Below are positions 55,523 through 64,000 of a stretch of 64,000 nt of DNA, in pieces. Each line of letters starts with the position of its first letter. The first letter of the stretch is position 1. The notes under the pieces are model-generated. The model was not told the DNA's origin, did no database searches, and worked only from the letters and a program-made list of their open reading frames with translations. The DNA is taken from positions 896,156 through 960,155 of the forward strand of contig CAVSPJ010000001.1 in the NCBI GenBank assembly GCA_963729985.1, read 5' to 3'. The position numbers and the translations under genes are program-made. Origin of the DNA: an uncultured Gemmatimonadales bacterium (GTDB taxonomy: Bacteria; Gemmatimonadota; Gemmatimonadetes; Gemmatimonadales; GWC2-71-9).

Positions 55523-57355
55523 ATGACCGTCAAGGTCTTCCGCTGGAAGGCGATCGGTCCGCTGGCCGTGCTCCTCGTCATCATCGGGGTGCTGCTCTGG
55601 CTGTTCGCCGAGCCGATTGCCAAGGACACCACCGAGGAAGTCGGCACCGAGCTGCTGGGAACCCAGGTGGACGTCGGCAAGCTCGACATCATCGCCGACG
55701 AGGCGTCGGTGGATCTGCGCGAGCTGCAAATCGCCGATCCGTTCAACCCGAACCGGAACCTGGTCGAAGCCTCCGGGATCAGGCTCAAGCTGAATCCTCT
55801 CGCGCTCGCCGAAAAGAAGTTCGTGGTGGAAAACTTCCGGCTGAGCGGCATGCGCTTCGGCACCGACCGGAAGAAGCCGGCCCGGCCGGTGAAGGGAGGC
55901 GGCTTCGCGTCGCAGGCCCTGCGCGCGGTCCAGCAGTGGTCCCAGCAGTTCGACGTGCCCATCCTCGAGCTCACCCCGATCGACACTATCAAGCAGCTGG
56001 TGCTGAACCCGACGCAACTCACGTCAGTGAAGGCGGCACAAGAGGTCGCCGCGCGCGCGGATTCATCCCGCCGCGCCCTGGACCAGTCGTTCCAGCAGCT
56101 CGACATCAAAGGGACTGTGGACACCGCGCGGGCATTGGTGGATCGGCTGCAGGCCACCAATCCGAAGCAGCTCGGTCTCGACGGGACCCGGCAGGCGATC
56201 GAGGATGGGCGGGCGTCGCTCAAGCGGCTGGAGCAGGCCAAGCAGCGACTCGGGGCACTGGAGCGGGATGTGAAGGGTGGGGTGGGATCCCTCGCCTCGG
56301 GCCTCGGAACTCTCGACGAGGCGCGACAGAAGGACTACGCCTTTGCCCGGTCGCTGCTCCAGCTCCCGAAGTTTTCGGCTCCGGACATCGGCGAGGCGTT
56401 CTTCGGAAAGGTCAGTATCGATCGCTTCCAGCAGGCGCTCTACTATTCCGAGCTGGCGCGGCATTACATGCCGCCGGGGCTGCTCCCCAGGGAAGATCCG
56501 GGCCCCCAGCGGCTGCGAGCGTCAGGCAAGAGCATCCGGTTTCCCAAGGAGCGGGAGTGGCCCAAGTTCCTGGTGCAGCTGGGGCAGCTGGACCTGGCGA
56601 TCGGCGGCGACAGCCCGCTCCGCGGCGCCTACGAGGCGGTGGTGCAGGGGCTCACGTCGGATCCCTCGCTCTACGGCAAGCCGACCGTGGTGCGCACCAG
56701 CCGAACCGCGGAGGGCAGCGCGATCGCGTCGATCGACGTGCGGGTGGTGGTCGATCACGTCCACCCCGACCGGGTCAAGGACTCGGCGTCGGCCCGGCTC
56801 CGGGGCGTGAAACTCCCGAACTTCACCGTGCCCGGGCTGGACTTTCAGGTTCGGCCGGGCACCGGCGCCGCCGATCTCAGCTTCGCGTTGCGGAACGACG
56901 AGTTGTCGGGCCGGTGGTCCATCGGATCCGACCAGGTCGTCTGGGCGCTCGACAGCACCGGGAAGCGGCTCAACGACCTGGAGGGGCTGGTCTGGCGGGT
57001 GGTCTCCGGGCTCAAGCAGCTCTCGGTGGACGCGCGCCTGAGCGGATCGGTGCGCTCGCCCAAGCTGTCGGTGTCGAGCAACCTCGACCGGGCCGTCGCG
57101 CAGCGGCTCCAGGCGGTGATCGGGGAGGAGGTGGCCAAAGCGGAGAAGATGGTCCGGGCCAAGGTGGACAGCGTCGTGGCGGCGAAGGTCGAGCCGGTGA
57201 AGCGGCAAGTCGCGGAGGTCCGGACCCAGGCGGAACAACGCCTCGCGGGGGAGCAGAAGCGGGTGGACGACGTGGAGCAGGCGCTCCAGGCGGAGGTCAA
57301 ACGCTTCACCAGCGGCCTGGCGCCGGACATCAAGCTGCCAAAGATCAAGCTGTAG
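55523..57355 (+). CDS. TIGR03545-family protein (AsmA-like, N-terminal TM anchor, coiled-coil C-terminus)
   Basis: 610-aa ORF. MTVKVFRWKAIGPLAVLLVIIGVLLWLF...GTQVDVGKLDI...VDLRELQIADPFNPNRNL...FVVENFRLSGMRFGTDRKKP. Confidence 0.5.
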   Translation: MTVKVFRWKAIGPLAVLLVIIGVLLWLFAEPIAKDTTEEVGTELLGTQVDVGKLDIIADEASVDLRELQIADPFNPNRNLVEASGIRLKLNPLALAEKKFVVENFRLSGMRFGTDRKKPARPVKGGGFASQALRAVQQWSQQFDVPILELTPIDTIKQLVLNPTQLTSVKAAQEVAARADSSRRALDQSFQQLDIKGTVDTARALVDRLQATNPKQLGLDGTRQAIEDGRASLKRLEQAKQRLGALERDVKGGVGSLASGLGTLDEARQKDYAFARSLLQLPKFSAPDIGEAFFGKVSIDRFQQALYYSELARHYMPPGLLPREDPGPQRLRASGKSIRFPKEREWPKFLVQLGQLDLAIGGDSPLRGAYEAVVQGLTSDPSLYGKPTVVRTSRTAEGSAIASIDVRVVVDHVHPDRVKDSASARLRGVKLPNFTVPGLDFQVRPGTGAADLSFALRNDELSGRWSIGSDQVVWALDSTGKRLNDLEGLVWRVVSGLKQLSVDARLSGSVRSPKLSVSSNLDRAVAQRLQAVIGEEVAKAEKMVRAKVDSVVAAKVEPVKRQVAEVRTQAEQRLAGEQKRVDDVEQALQAEVKRFTSGLAPDIKLPKIKL

Positions 57356-57439
57356 GCGGTCGCTCGCCAGGCTGTCGTCTTGACCCAGTGCCCGGCTCGG
57401 TAAGATTACTCGGTCCCACCCCGTCGACCGGAGCCCCCG

Positions 57440-58578
57440 ATGCGCATTGCGGTCTCAAGGGAAGCCGCCCCAGGCGAGCGGCGCGTTGCGTTGGTGCCTG
57501 AGTCCGGCAAGAAGCTGATCCAGGCAGGGTATGAGGTCGCGATCGAGGCCGGTGCGGGCGACGAGGCCGGGTTCGCCGACGCGGCCTACCGGGAGGCAGG
57601 CGCCCTCGTGGAGCCGGACCGCGCCGCGCTGGTGGGCTCGGCCGACTTGCTGCTGAAGGTCGGGGCCCCGGCGCGCGACGAAGTCGGGTGGCTGCGGGCC
57701 GGGGCGATCTATCTCGGCTCCTTGATGCCGATTCGCAACGCGGCCGCCGTTCGTGCCCTGGCGGAACAGCGCGTCACCGCCTTCTCCACCGACGCCATTC
57801 CGCGCATCACCCGGGCCCAGTCCATGGATACCCTTTCCTCCATGGCGAACATCGCCGGATACCGCGGCGTCCTGCTCGCGGCGGTCGAGCTCAACAAGTA
57901 CTTCCCCATGCTGATGACCGCCGCGGGGATGGTCCCGCCGGCCAAGGTGTTCGTGATCGGGGCGGCGGTCGCCGGCCTCCAGGCCATCGCCACCGCCAAG
58001 CGGCTCGGTGCCAACGTCGTGGCCACCGACGTGCGGCCCGAGGTGAAGGAACAGATCGAGAGCGTCGGCGGCAAGTACGTGGGCATCGAGCTCGGCGAGG
58101 CCGCCTCGGCCGGCGGCGGGTACGCCAAGGAGCTGTCCGAGGCCGACCAGGCTCGGCAGCGGGAGCTGCTCGCCGCCCAGGTGGCTCAGTCCGACGTCGT
58201 CATCACCACGGCGCTCATCGGCGGCGTGGTCGCGCCCCGGCTCCTCACGGCGGGGATGGTGCGGAGCATGAAGTCCGGCGCCGTGATCGTGGACCTGGCG
58301 GCCGATGGCGGGGGGAACTGCGAGCTCTCACGCCCGGGCGAGACGGCGCGGGTGGGCGGCGTCACGATTCTGGCGCCGCTCAACCTCGCCGCCTCGATGC
58401 CGCTCCACGCGAGCCTGCTGTTTTCCCGCAACCTCACCGCCTTCGTGCAGGCCTTCACCAGGACAAGAGTTTCCAGCTCGACTTCACCGACGAAATCCAG
58501 CAGGGCGCGCTGATCACCCATGACGGCGAGGTGAAGCACGCGCGCACCCGGGACGCTCTCCAGAAAGGTGCCGCATGA
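57440..58578 (+). CDS. pntAA: NAD(P) transhydrogenase subunit alpha part 1; one frame break near the C-terminus
   Basis: RVALVPESGKKL...SMDTLSSMANIAGY...VFVIGAAVAGLQAIATAKRLGA...VITTALIGG. The tail KDKSFQLDFTDEIQQGALITHDGEV lies in the next frame (join near 58460). Confidence 0.9.
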
Positions 58579-58919
58579 TCTCGCCCGAGACCGCCGCCTC
58601 CGCCGCGGCGCAGACCCCGGACATCTGGTCCCAGATCTTCGTCTTCGTGCTGGCCACCTTCATCGGCCTGGGCGTGATCCGCCGGGTGTCCCGGCTGCTG
58701 CACACGCCGCTGATGTCCCTCACCAACGCGATCTCCGCCATCGCGGTCGTCGGCGCGATCCTGGTGGCCGGGCCCGACTACCCGGTCGGGATCCGGTTCC
58801 TCGGCGCCGTCGCGGTCTTCGCGTCCATGACCAACATCGTGAGCGGGTTTCTGATCACCGAGCGGATGCTCAAGATGTTCAAGACCGACAAGAAGCCGGG
58901 CGAGGGCTCCCGCCCATGA
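58575..58919 (+). CDS. pntAB: NAD(P) transhydrogenase subunit alpha part 2
   Basis: 114-aa ORF. LHTPLMSLTNAISAIAVVGA...FASMTNIVSGFLITERMLKMF. Overlaps both of its neighbours. Confidence 0.9.
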   Translation: MISPETAASAAAQTPDIWSQIFVFVLATFIGLGVIRRVSRLLHTPLMSLTNAISAIAVVGAILVAGPDYPVGIRFLGAVAVFASMTNIVSGFLITERMLKMFKTDKKPGEGSRP

Positions 58920-60326
58920 GCCAGGGCCTGGTTCAGTTCGCCTACCTCGTCGCCACCGCGCTCTTCGTCTTCGCCCTCCACTGGATGAACACGCCCGCCA
59001 CGGCGCGCCGCGGCGTGTATGCGGGCGTGGTCGGCATGACTCTGGCGGTCGTCGCCACCTGGGCCGAGCCCGAGGTGGTAAATCATCTCTGGATCGTGAT
59101 CGCCGTGATCGCCGGGTTCGCGGTCGGCATTCCCCTCTCGCGGGTGCCGCTCACCGCGGTCCCTCAGCGGACCGCGCTGTCGCACGCGTTCGGCGGCCTG
59201 GCCGCCGGCCTGGTGGGCGCGGCGAAGTTCTATCTCTGGACCGGCGAGGGCTCGGCGCAACTCACCACCTTTCGGACCACGGCGATCATCGCCGAGGTGC
59301 TGCTGGGCTTCCTCACCTTCACCGGCAGCCTCATGGCCGCGGGGAAGCTCCAGGAGGTGAAGTGGATCCCCCAGCGTCCGGTGACGTATCCGATGCAGAA
59401 CGTCACCAACTTCGGCCTGCTGCTGCTCGCGGCCGCGCTGGGCATCGGCGTGGTGCTCCAGCCGAGCGCGGCCTGGGCACCGGTGGCCTTCGGCGCGATC
59501 ATCGCCCTCTCGCTCCTCTTCGGCGTCCTCCTGATCATCCCGATCGGCGGCGCGGACATGCCCACGGTGATCGCGATCCTCAACGCCTACGCCGGCCTGG
59601 CCGCGGTGGCGATGGGCTTCGTGCTGGACAACAAGCTGCTGATCACCGCCGGCGCGCTGGACGGCTCCAGCGGCCTCATCCTCGCCGTCATCATGTGCAA
59701 GGCGATGAACCGCTCGTTCACCAACGTGCTGTTCGGCGCCTTCGGCCAGGTGCAGCAGGCCAAGGCGGGCGGCGAGGAGCGGCTCTACAAGTCGGAGTCC
59801 ATCGAGGGCGCGGGTCAGGTGCTGGAGCAGGCCAACCTGGTCGTGATCGTGCCCGGCTACGGCATGGCGGTGGCCCAGGCCCAGCACAAGGTGCGGGAGC
59901 TCTACGACCAGCTCCGCAAGCGGGGGATCGCGGTGAAGTTCGCCATCCACCCGGTGGCCGGCCGGATGCCGGGGCACATGAACGTGCTGCTGGCCGAAGC
60001 CGACATCCCGTACACCGACCTGGTCGAGATGGACGAGATCAACTCCGACATGCCCCAGGTCGACGTGGCGCTGGTCGTCGGCGCCAACGACGTGGTGAAC
60101 CCGGCCGCGCGCTCGCGACAAGGGCAGTCCGATCTTCGGCATGCCGATCATCGACGCCGACCGGGCCCGGACCGTCTTCGCCATCAAGCGAAGCAAGAAT
60201 CCGGGGTTCGCCGGGATCGACAACGAGCTCTACTTCTCGGACAAGACCTGGATGCTGTTCGGAGACGCCAAGAGCGTGATCGGCGAGTTGGTGAAACAGT
60301 TGGCCGGGGGGAGCGGGATGCATTAG
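58916..60326 (+). CDS. pntB: NAD(P) transhydrogenase subunit beta; one frame break near the C-terminus
   Basis: ATG 58916 overlaps the pntAB stop (ATGA). PIGGADMPTVIAILNAYAGLA...VPGYGMAVAQAQH...HPVAGRMPGHMNVLLAEA...VVGANDVVNPAAR, then GSPIFGMPIIDA...FAIKRS in the next frame (join near 60115). Confidence 0.9.
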
Positions 60327-60371
60327 GGTAAGGGGTCACGCCTTCGCTCATTTTTCGCTGGAGATTCTCGC

Positions 60372-61022
60372 ATGCGTGTAACCATAGCCGGAATGCTGTC
60401 GCTGTCGCTCTTCGGCATATCTACCGCCGCCGGCCAGGGTCGTGAGTGCATGGCCGGAATGAAGATGCCGGATGTCGGACAGTGGGCCGAATATCAGGGG
60501 GTCATGAACCAGAAGGATCCCTATACCCTCCGCTACGCCGTGGTCGGCGCCGAGAAGCGGGAAGGGAAGCCCATGAAGTGGCTGGAGTTCAGCATGGTGG
60601 GGGAGGGGAAGGGCCAGAACATGGTCTACCAGGTCCTGACGCCGGGCAATCCGGCGGAGATGGAGCAGGCCCAGGAGATCGTCTTCAAGACGGGCGACAA
60701 GCCGGCGATGAAGCTGAACCCGATGATGATGAAGATGCTCCAGGGGCAGCTGGGCAAGAACTCGGTCCTGGGCAACCTGTGCGAAGGGGTGAGCCTGGCG
60801 GGCAAGGAGTCGGTCACCGTCCCGGCCGGCACCTTCAAGGCGCTCCGTTACCACAACGACAAGTATGGGAGCGATGCCTGGGTGGTTCCCGAGCAGCCGT
60901 TCTTCATGGTCAAGTCGCAGGGAAAGGACTTCGAGATGAGCCTGGTCTCCAGCGGCAAGGGCGCCAAGTCGTCCATCACGGAGACGCCGCAGGACATGCC
61001 GGGGCTTGGGCCGGCTAAATAG
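60372..61022 (+). CDS. secreted hypothetical protein, Met-rich
   Basis: 216-aa ORF with a signal peptide (MLSLSLFGISTAAG/QG). Noticeably more Lys/Met/Asn codons than its neighbours. Contains a PAMKLNPMMMKMLQGQ segment. Confidence 0.5.
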   Translation: MRVTIAGMLSLSLFGISTAAGQGRECMAGMKMPDVGQWAEYQGVMNQKDPYTLRYAVVGAEKREGKPMKWLEFSMVGEGKGQNMVYQVLTPGNPAEMEQAQEIVFKTGDKPAMKLNPMMMKMLQGQLGKNSVLGNLCEGVSLAGKESVTVPAGTFKALRYHNDKYGSDAWVVPEQPFFMVKSQGKDFEMSLVSSGKGAKSSITETPQDMPGLGPAK

Positions 61023-61176
61023 GGGGGTGCCCTATCGCTCAGCCGCCAGGTAGGCGCCCCTAAGTAGTTCCGTCTGCCAAAGTTGCAGGCGGCCTTGGCC
61101 ACAGATCACATAGCTGCTGTGGTTTCGGGTCCGCTGCACGCAAATCGCCATCCCGCTACGATTTAGCCCTAAGGTG

Positions 61177-61205
61177 TTGTATTTTCGCATCTTAGGTGCT
61201 ATATT
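61177..61205 (+). promoter_or_regulatory. sigma70-like promoter upstream of the sigma factor gene
   Basis: TTGTAT (61177-61182), 17-nt spacer, TGc-TATATT (extended -10, 61197-61205), in a locally AT-rich stretch about 80 nt upstream of the GTG start. Confidence 0.5.
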
Positions 61206-61285
61206 CGCGCGTCTCGACCTGGGGGCGGCCCCGGGTCTGTTGCAGGTATACGTGCGGGGGACGGGAGTCCGAGGAGACATCCAGC

Positions 61286-62179
61286 GTGACGATAAAGGCA
61301 CGCAGCAAGCGTCGCCCGGTGCGACCAGCGCAGATCGCACGTGCAATCGATGAAGGCCGTGAGAGTCTCGACCTGTACCTGGACGAAATCAGCCGGGTTC
61401 CGCTCCTCAACCGCGAGGAGGAGATGGAGCTGGCCCGCAAGGCGTTCAAGGGCAGTGTGGCGGCCCAGGAAAGGCTGGCGCGGCACAACGTCCGCTTCGT
61501 GGTCTCGGTGGCCAAGAAGTTCCAGAACCGTGGCGTGCCGCTGGTCGACCTGATCGGCGAGGGCAACCTCGGCCTCATGACGGCCGCCCGGAAGTTCGAT
61601 CCCGACCGGGGAGTGAAGTTCATCTCCTACGCGGTCTGGTGGATCCGCCAGGCAGTGCAGGCGGCGATCGCCCGTCACGGGCGCCCGGTCCGGGTGCCGC
61701 TCAACCGCACGGCCGATCTCAGCCGGCTGGGCCGCACCACCACGCTCCTCAAGGACAAGCTCGGTCGCATGCCGACCACCGAGGAGCTGGCCCGTGCCAC
61801 CGGCCTCACCGTGGAAGCCGTCCGCTCTCTGAGCGCCCTCAACTCCGAGGCCGTGCGCCTCGATCATCCCACCCGGGACGGCGAGGGCAACGAGCGGATC
61901 GAGCGCTTCACCAGCGGTGAGCAGGAAAGCACCGACATGACCACCATGGCCAACAGCCAGACCCGGGACATCGAGGCCGCGCTGGCGGCGCTCCCGCCCC
62001 GCGACGCCAAGGTGCTCCGGCTCTACTTCGGCCTGGACGACGGGAACAGCCGGACGCTGGAAGAGATCGGCCGGATGATGGGAGTGACCCGCGAGCGGAT
62101 CCGGCAGCTGCGGGACCGGGCCCTGCTCCGCCTGCGAGAAGGGGAGACGGGGGACAAGCTGCGGGATCTGGTCGCCTGA
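61286..62179 (+). CDS. RNA polymerase sigma factor, RpoD/SigA family (short form lacking a long region 1)
   Basis: ORF 61196..62179; likely GTG at 61286, 9 nt after GAGGAG. LDLYLDEISRVPLLNREEE, RFVVSVAKKF, DLIGEGNLGLMTAARKFDPDRGVKFISYAVWWIRQAV, TLEEIGRMMGVTRERIRQLRDRALLRLR. Confidence 0.85.
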   Translation: MTIKARSKRRPVRPAQIARAIDEGRESLDLYLDEISRVPLLNREEEMELARKAFKGSVAAQERLARHNVRFVVSVAKKFQNRGVPLVDLIGEGNLGLMTAARKFDPDRGVKFISYAVWWIRQAVQAAIARHGRPVRVPLNRTADLSRLGRTTTLLKDKLGRMPTTEELARATGLTVEAVRSLSALNSEAVRLDHPTRDGEGNERIERFTSGEQESTDMTTMANSQTRDIEAALAALPPRDAKVLRLYFGLDDGNSRTLEEIGRMMGVTRERIRQLRDRALLRLREGETGDKLRDLVA

Positions 62180-62200
62180 TTCACCGTAAGGTCCCATGGG

Positions 62201-62231
62201 AAGCCCCCGGCCATCGGTCGGGGGCTTTTTC
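62201..62231 (+). terminator. rho-independent terminator of the sigma factor gene
   Basis: AGCCCCCGGCC-atc-GGTCGGGGGCT followed by TTTTT (T-run through 62230), 22 nt after the stop. Confidence 0.8.
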
Positions 62232-62258
62232 GTGGGCTGTGCGAGCCTCCATGCTCCA

Positions 62259-62336
62259 GTGAGCGAAACGAGGGGCCCGGGGAGGCTGGCCAAGCCCCGC
62301 CAACCCCAGCCTCCCCGGGCCCCTCGTTTCGCTCAC
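62259..62336. repeat. 31-bp perfect inverted repeat with a 16-nt loop
   Basis: GTGAGCGAAACGAGGGGCCCGGGGAGGCTGG (62259-62289) and its exact reverse complement (62306-62336), checked base by base. Confidence 0.95.
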
Positions 62337-62405
62337 CCTGGCATCGGGAAGAGGCCTTCAAGAAGGGCCCTTTTTCTTCGGCCCCCACGAGGTTTCGTTT
62401 GCCGG

Positions 62406-63963
62406 GTGGCATTCTGGCATCCGGTCCCCCAGGTCGACGACGAGGCGTTGCGCCGAGGGCTCCGCGCCTTCCAGGGCGACGGGGTCTGCTCCCAGGTCCG
62501 CGACTCGCTGCTGAGCGGCCCGCTGCTGGTGGGCTACGCCCTCCTGCTCGGCGCGTCGAACGCGGGCGTCGGCATCCTCTCCGCCCTCGCGCCGGCCACC
62601 CAGATCCTCCAGCTCCCGACGGTGGCGCTCATCGAGCGGTGGCGGATGCGGAAGGCGATCTGCTGGTGGGCCGCGTGCTTCGCCCGGGTGACCTGGCTCG
62701 GCGTGCTGGTCCTGCCCTGGGCGGTGCCGGCCGGGGCCCGGACTCCGGCGCTCTTCGGACTCCTCCTGCTCGCCTCCGCGCTCGGCACCGTGTCGGGGGC
62801 GGCCTGGAACCCCTGGATTCGGGACTTCCTGCCGGAAGAGATCCGCAACCGGGCCTTCGCCCGGCGGATGGCGATCGCGACGGCCATGGGGGCCGTGCTC
62901 GCCCTGGTGGCAGGCCTCGCGGTCGAGGAGCTGGGCGACCGGCTCCAGTCCGCCGCCGCGGGTTACGTGGTCGTGCTGGGCGGAGGCGCCGCCGCGGCGC
63001 TGCTCGGCCTGGTCTTCCTGGGCCGGATTCCCGAGCCCGCCATGCCGCCGGCCAGCCACCGGCCCTGGGCCGACATCATGCGGGCCCCGTTGCGGCACCG
63101 CGAGTTCCGGGCGCTGGTCACCTTCCTGGGCACCTGGACCTTCGCCATCCATCTCTCGACCCCGTTCTTCACCGTGTACCTGCTTGCGGCGGTTCGGGCT
63201 GCCGATGGCGATGGTCATCGCGCTGGCCGTGCTGTCCCAGGTCACCGCCGCCCTGGTGCTGCGCGCCTGGGGCAACCTGGCCGACCGGTTCTCGACCCTC
63301 ACGGTGCTGCGGGTGAGCTGCGCCGGTTTCCTGCTCAGCGTGGCGTGCTGGCCCATGGTCGGCCTGCTCGAGGCGCGCTGGCTGGTGCTGGCTGGGCTCG
63401 CCCTCATCCACATCCTCGCCGGGCTCTCGACGGCCGGAGTCAACCTCGGCTCGGGCACGGTCGTGATGGAGCTGGCGCCGCGGGGCGCCGCCGCCGGCTA
63501 TCTCGCCACCAACGCGCTGATCGTGGGCGCCGCGTCGGCGCTCGCGCCGGTGATCGCCGGGCTGTCGGCCGACTGGCTGGAGACCCAGCGCCTGTCGGTC
63601 ACCGTGGCGTGGACCTCGACCCTCGACGCCGGGACCGGCCTGGCGCTCCGGCCGCTCGACCTGCACGGCCTCGACTTCCTCTTCGTCGCCACCGTGCTGG
63701 TGGGGCTCTACGCGATGCACCGGATCCTGTCCGTGACCGAGCGAGCCATGCCCGGGCGGCGCGTGGTGCTGGCCGCGCTGCTCGAGCAGATGCGGGAGCA
63801 GATGCCCCAGCCGCTCCGGGCGATCACCACCGTCCCGTCGGTGCGCGACCTGGCGTACTTCCCGTTCTCGGTGCTGGGCCGGGTGTTGCCCGAGCGGCGG
63901 CGGGCGGCGGCGGCGCACGGGCTGGGGTATCGGCGCCGGGCGCGCGACTCCCGGGGCGGGTGA
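62406..63963 (+). CDS. MFS transporter; one frame break; start uncertain
   Basis: The N-terminal half (LRAFQGDGVCSQVRDSLLSGPLLVGYALLLGASNAG...STPFFTVYLL) lies in a frame that never meets a stop before the window end, so it is missing from the ORF track. The C-terminal half is ORF 63184..63963 (RRFGLPMAMVIALAVLSQV...). An extra T lies near 63185. Confidence 0.7.
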
Positions 63964-64000
63964 GCCTGAAGGCCGGCGACGCGGCCAATTTGGACCGTCA

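Noticed and set aside
54541-56241. 566-aa minus-strand ORF spanning the thrA 5' end, the intergenic region and both TIGR0354x genes
   Set aside because: It crosses a divergent promoter region and is antisense to two well-formed genes; a GC-rich artefact.
62196-62405. Upstream ATG (62196) as the start of the MFS gene
   Set aside because: That start would translate through the sigma-gene terminator and the 31-bp palindrome. GTG 62406 or a nearby start is more plausible; the start remains uncertain.

Overview
GC-rich bacterial chromosomal window with about 55 protein-coding genes and 3 tRNAs. I saw no rRNA, no CRISPR array and no recognisable transposase or integrase. All calls come from reading the supplied translations and the DNA by eye; no similarity search was run, so family names are motif-level recognitions.

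Gene content, left to right:
- M19 dipeptidase fragment and SURF1.
- A roughly 10-kb co-directional block: a small beta-barrel OMP followed by five paralogous Ig-fold lipoproteins.
- tRNA-Leu(GAG) and tRNA-Thr(CGT).
- MgtC, an HExxH protein, an MltD/LysM lytic transglycosylase, a metallophosphoesterase, a YjiK/SdiA-regulated-like propeller and an Omp85-like OMP.
- A divergent MocR regulator / EamA exporter pair.
- A frame-broken accessory-looking gene and tRNA-Pro(GGG).
- FKBP, OmpA and an ECF sigma / anti-sigma / DUF4097 module.
- hutU and hutI.
- A SusC/SusD pair with a DUF1624 membrane protein.
- aguA and aguB.
- Two cytochrome c lipoproteins.
- A glycogen operon (glgP, glgA and two GH57 genes).
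- ettA, a SWIB protein and thrA-thrB-thrC.
- A TIGR03546/TIGR03545 pair.
- pntAA, pntAB and pntB.
- A Met-rich secreted protein, an RpoD-family sigma factor and an MFS transporter.

Two results stand out:
1. The Ig-fold lipoprotein paralog array has a shared N-terminal anchor module, and a C-G-G-(D/E) signature after the lipobox cysteine recurs in other lipoproteins of the window.
2. There are about 30 single-base frame breaks in otherwise well-conserved genes. They are strongly clustered (22.6-31.0 kb, 42.4-47.8 kb, 57.4-63.2 kb), which looks more like consensus error than decay.

SusC/SusD, very high GC, GH57 glycogen genes and a SWIB protein together suggest a Gemmatimonadota-like lineage. 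This is inference only.
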